A DNA stretch of 64,000 nt from Octopus sinensis (taxonomy: Eukaryota). The translations under genes were made by a program, and so were the position numbers. The stretch is taken from NCBI RefSeq assembly GCF_006345805.1, contig NC_043017.1, forward strand, positions 28,954,001 to 29,018,000, in the 5' to 3' direction. Below the pieces are notes generated by a model. It made no database searches and was not told where the DNA came from. It worked only from the letters and a program-made list of their open reading frames with translations. Positions 63,819 to 64,000 of the stretch are shown here, piece by piece (the first letter of the stretch is position 1; each line of letters begins with the position of its first letter).

Positions 63819-64000
63819 AGTGTTTTTGTTCAGAGCCCTGTTCCATAAGCTTCCGGTCGAAACGTACCAAATTTATTCTAAGATAATTACTGTGATTTAG
63901 AAATTCATTTCGGAACCAATCATTACAGGTTGTTCCTCATGGAGCGTCTTCTAGCATAAATTTAATTAGACCAATATTTTGTGATTGGAAATTGTATGAG

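Noticed and set aside
63835-63875. GGTCGAAACGTA as part of a fourth hammerhead
   Set aside because: No CUGANGA core upstream.

Overview
This is a eukaryotic, strongly AT-rich, repeat-saturated window. It is most likely intronic or intergenic DNA of an octopus or other coleoid cephalopod, inferred from the SINE repertoire and the (TA)n density and not verified. I could not confidently identify any host protein-coding gene, rRNA, true tRNA or CRISPR array. Almost all ORFs in the track are microsatellite or SINE artefacts. The window holds about 15 copies of a tRNA-derived SINE (called A here), about 12 loci of a second SINE (B) that often occurs as head-to-tail multimers, and SINE families C and D. 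Retroelement relics are two CR1-group LINE 3' ends, two Penelope-like elements (RT plus GIY-YIG), and R4/Dong-like and HERO-like restriction-like-endonuclease fragments. DNA-element relics are an internally deleted mariner, two non-autonomous Helitrons, and hAT and foldback MITEs. Most notable observations: (1) an apparently intact type I hammerhead ribozyme at 6793-6902 plus two decayed ones; (2) the SINE A tail matches the local LINE 3' end through a covarying stem-loop; (3) one SINE head carries several interchangeable tails; (4) SINE B multimers sit inside single target-site duplications. All alignments and folds were done by eye, so boundaries are approximate.
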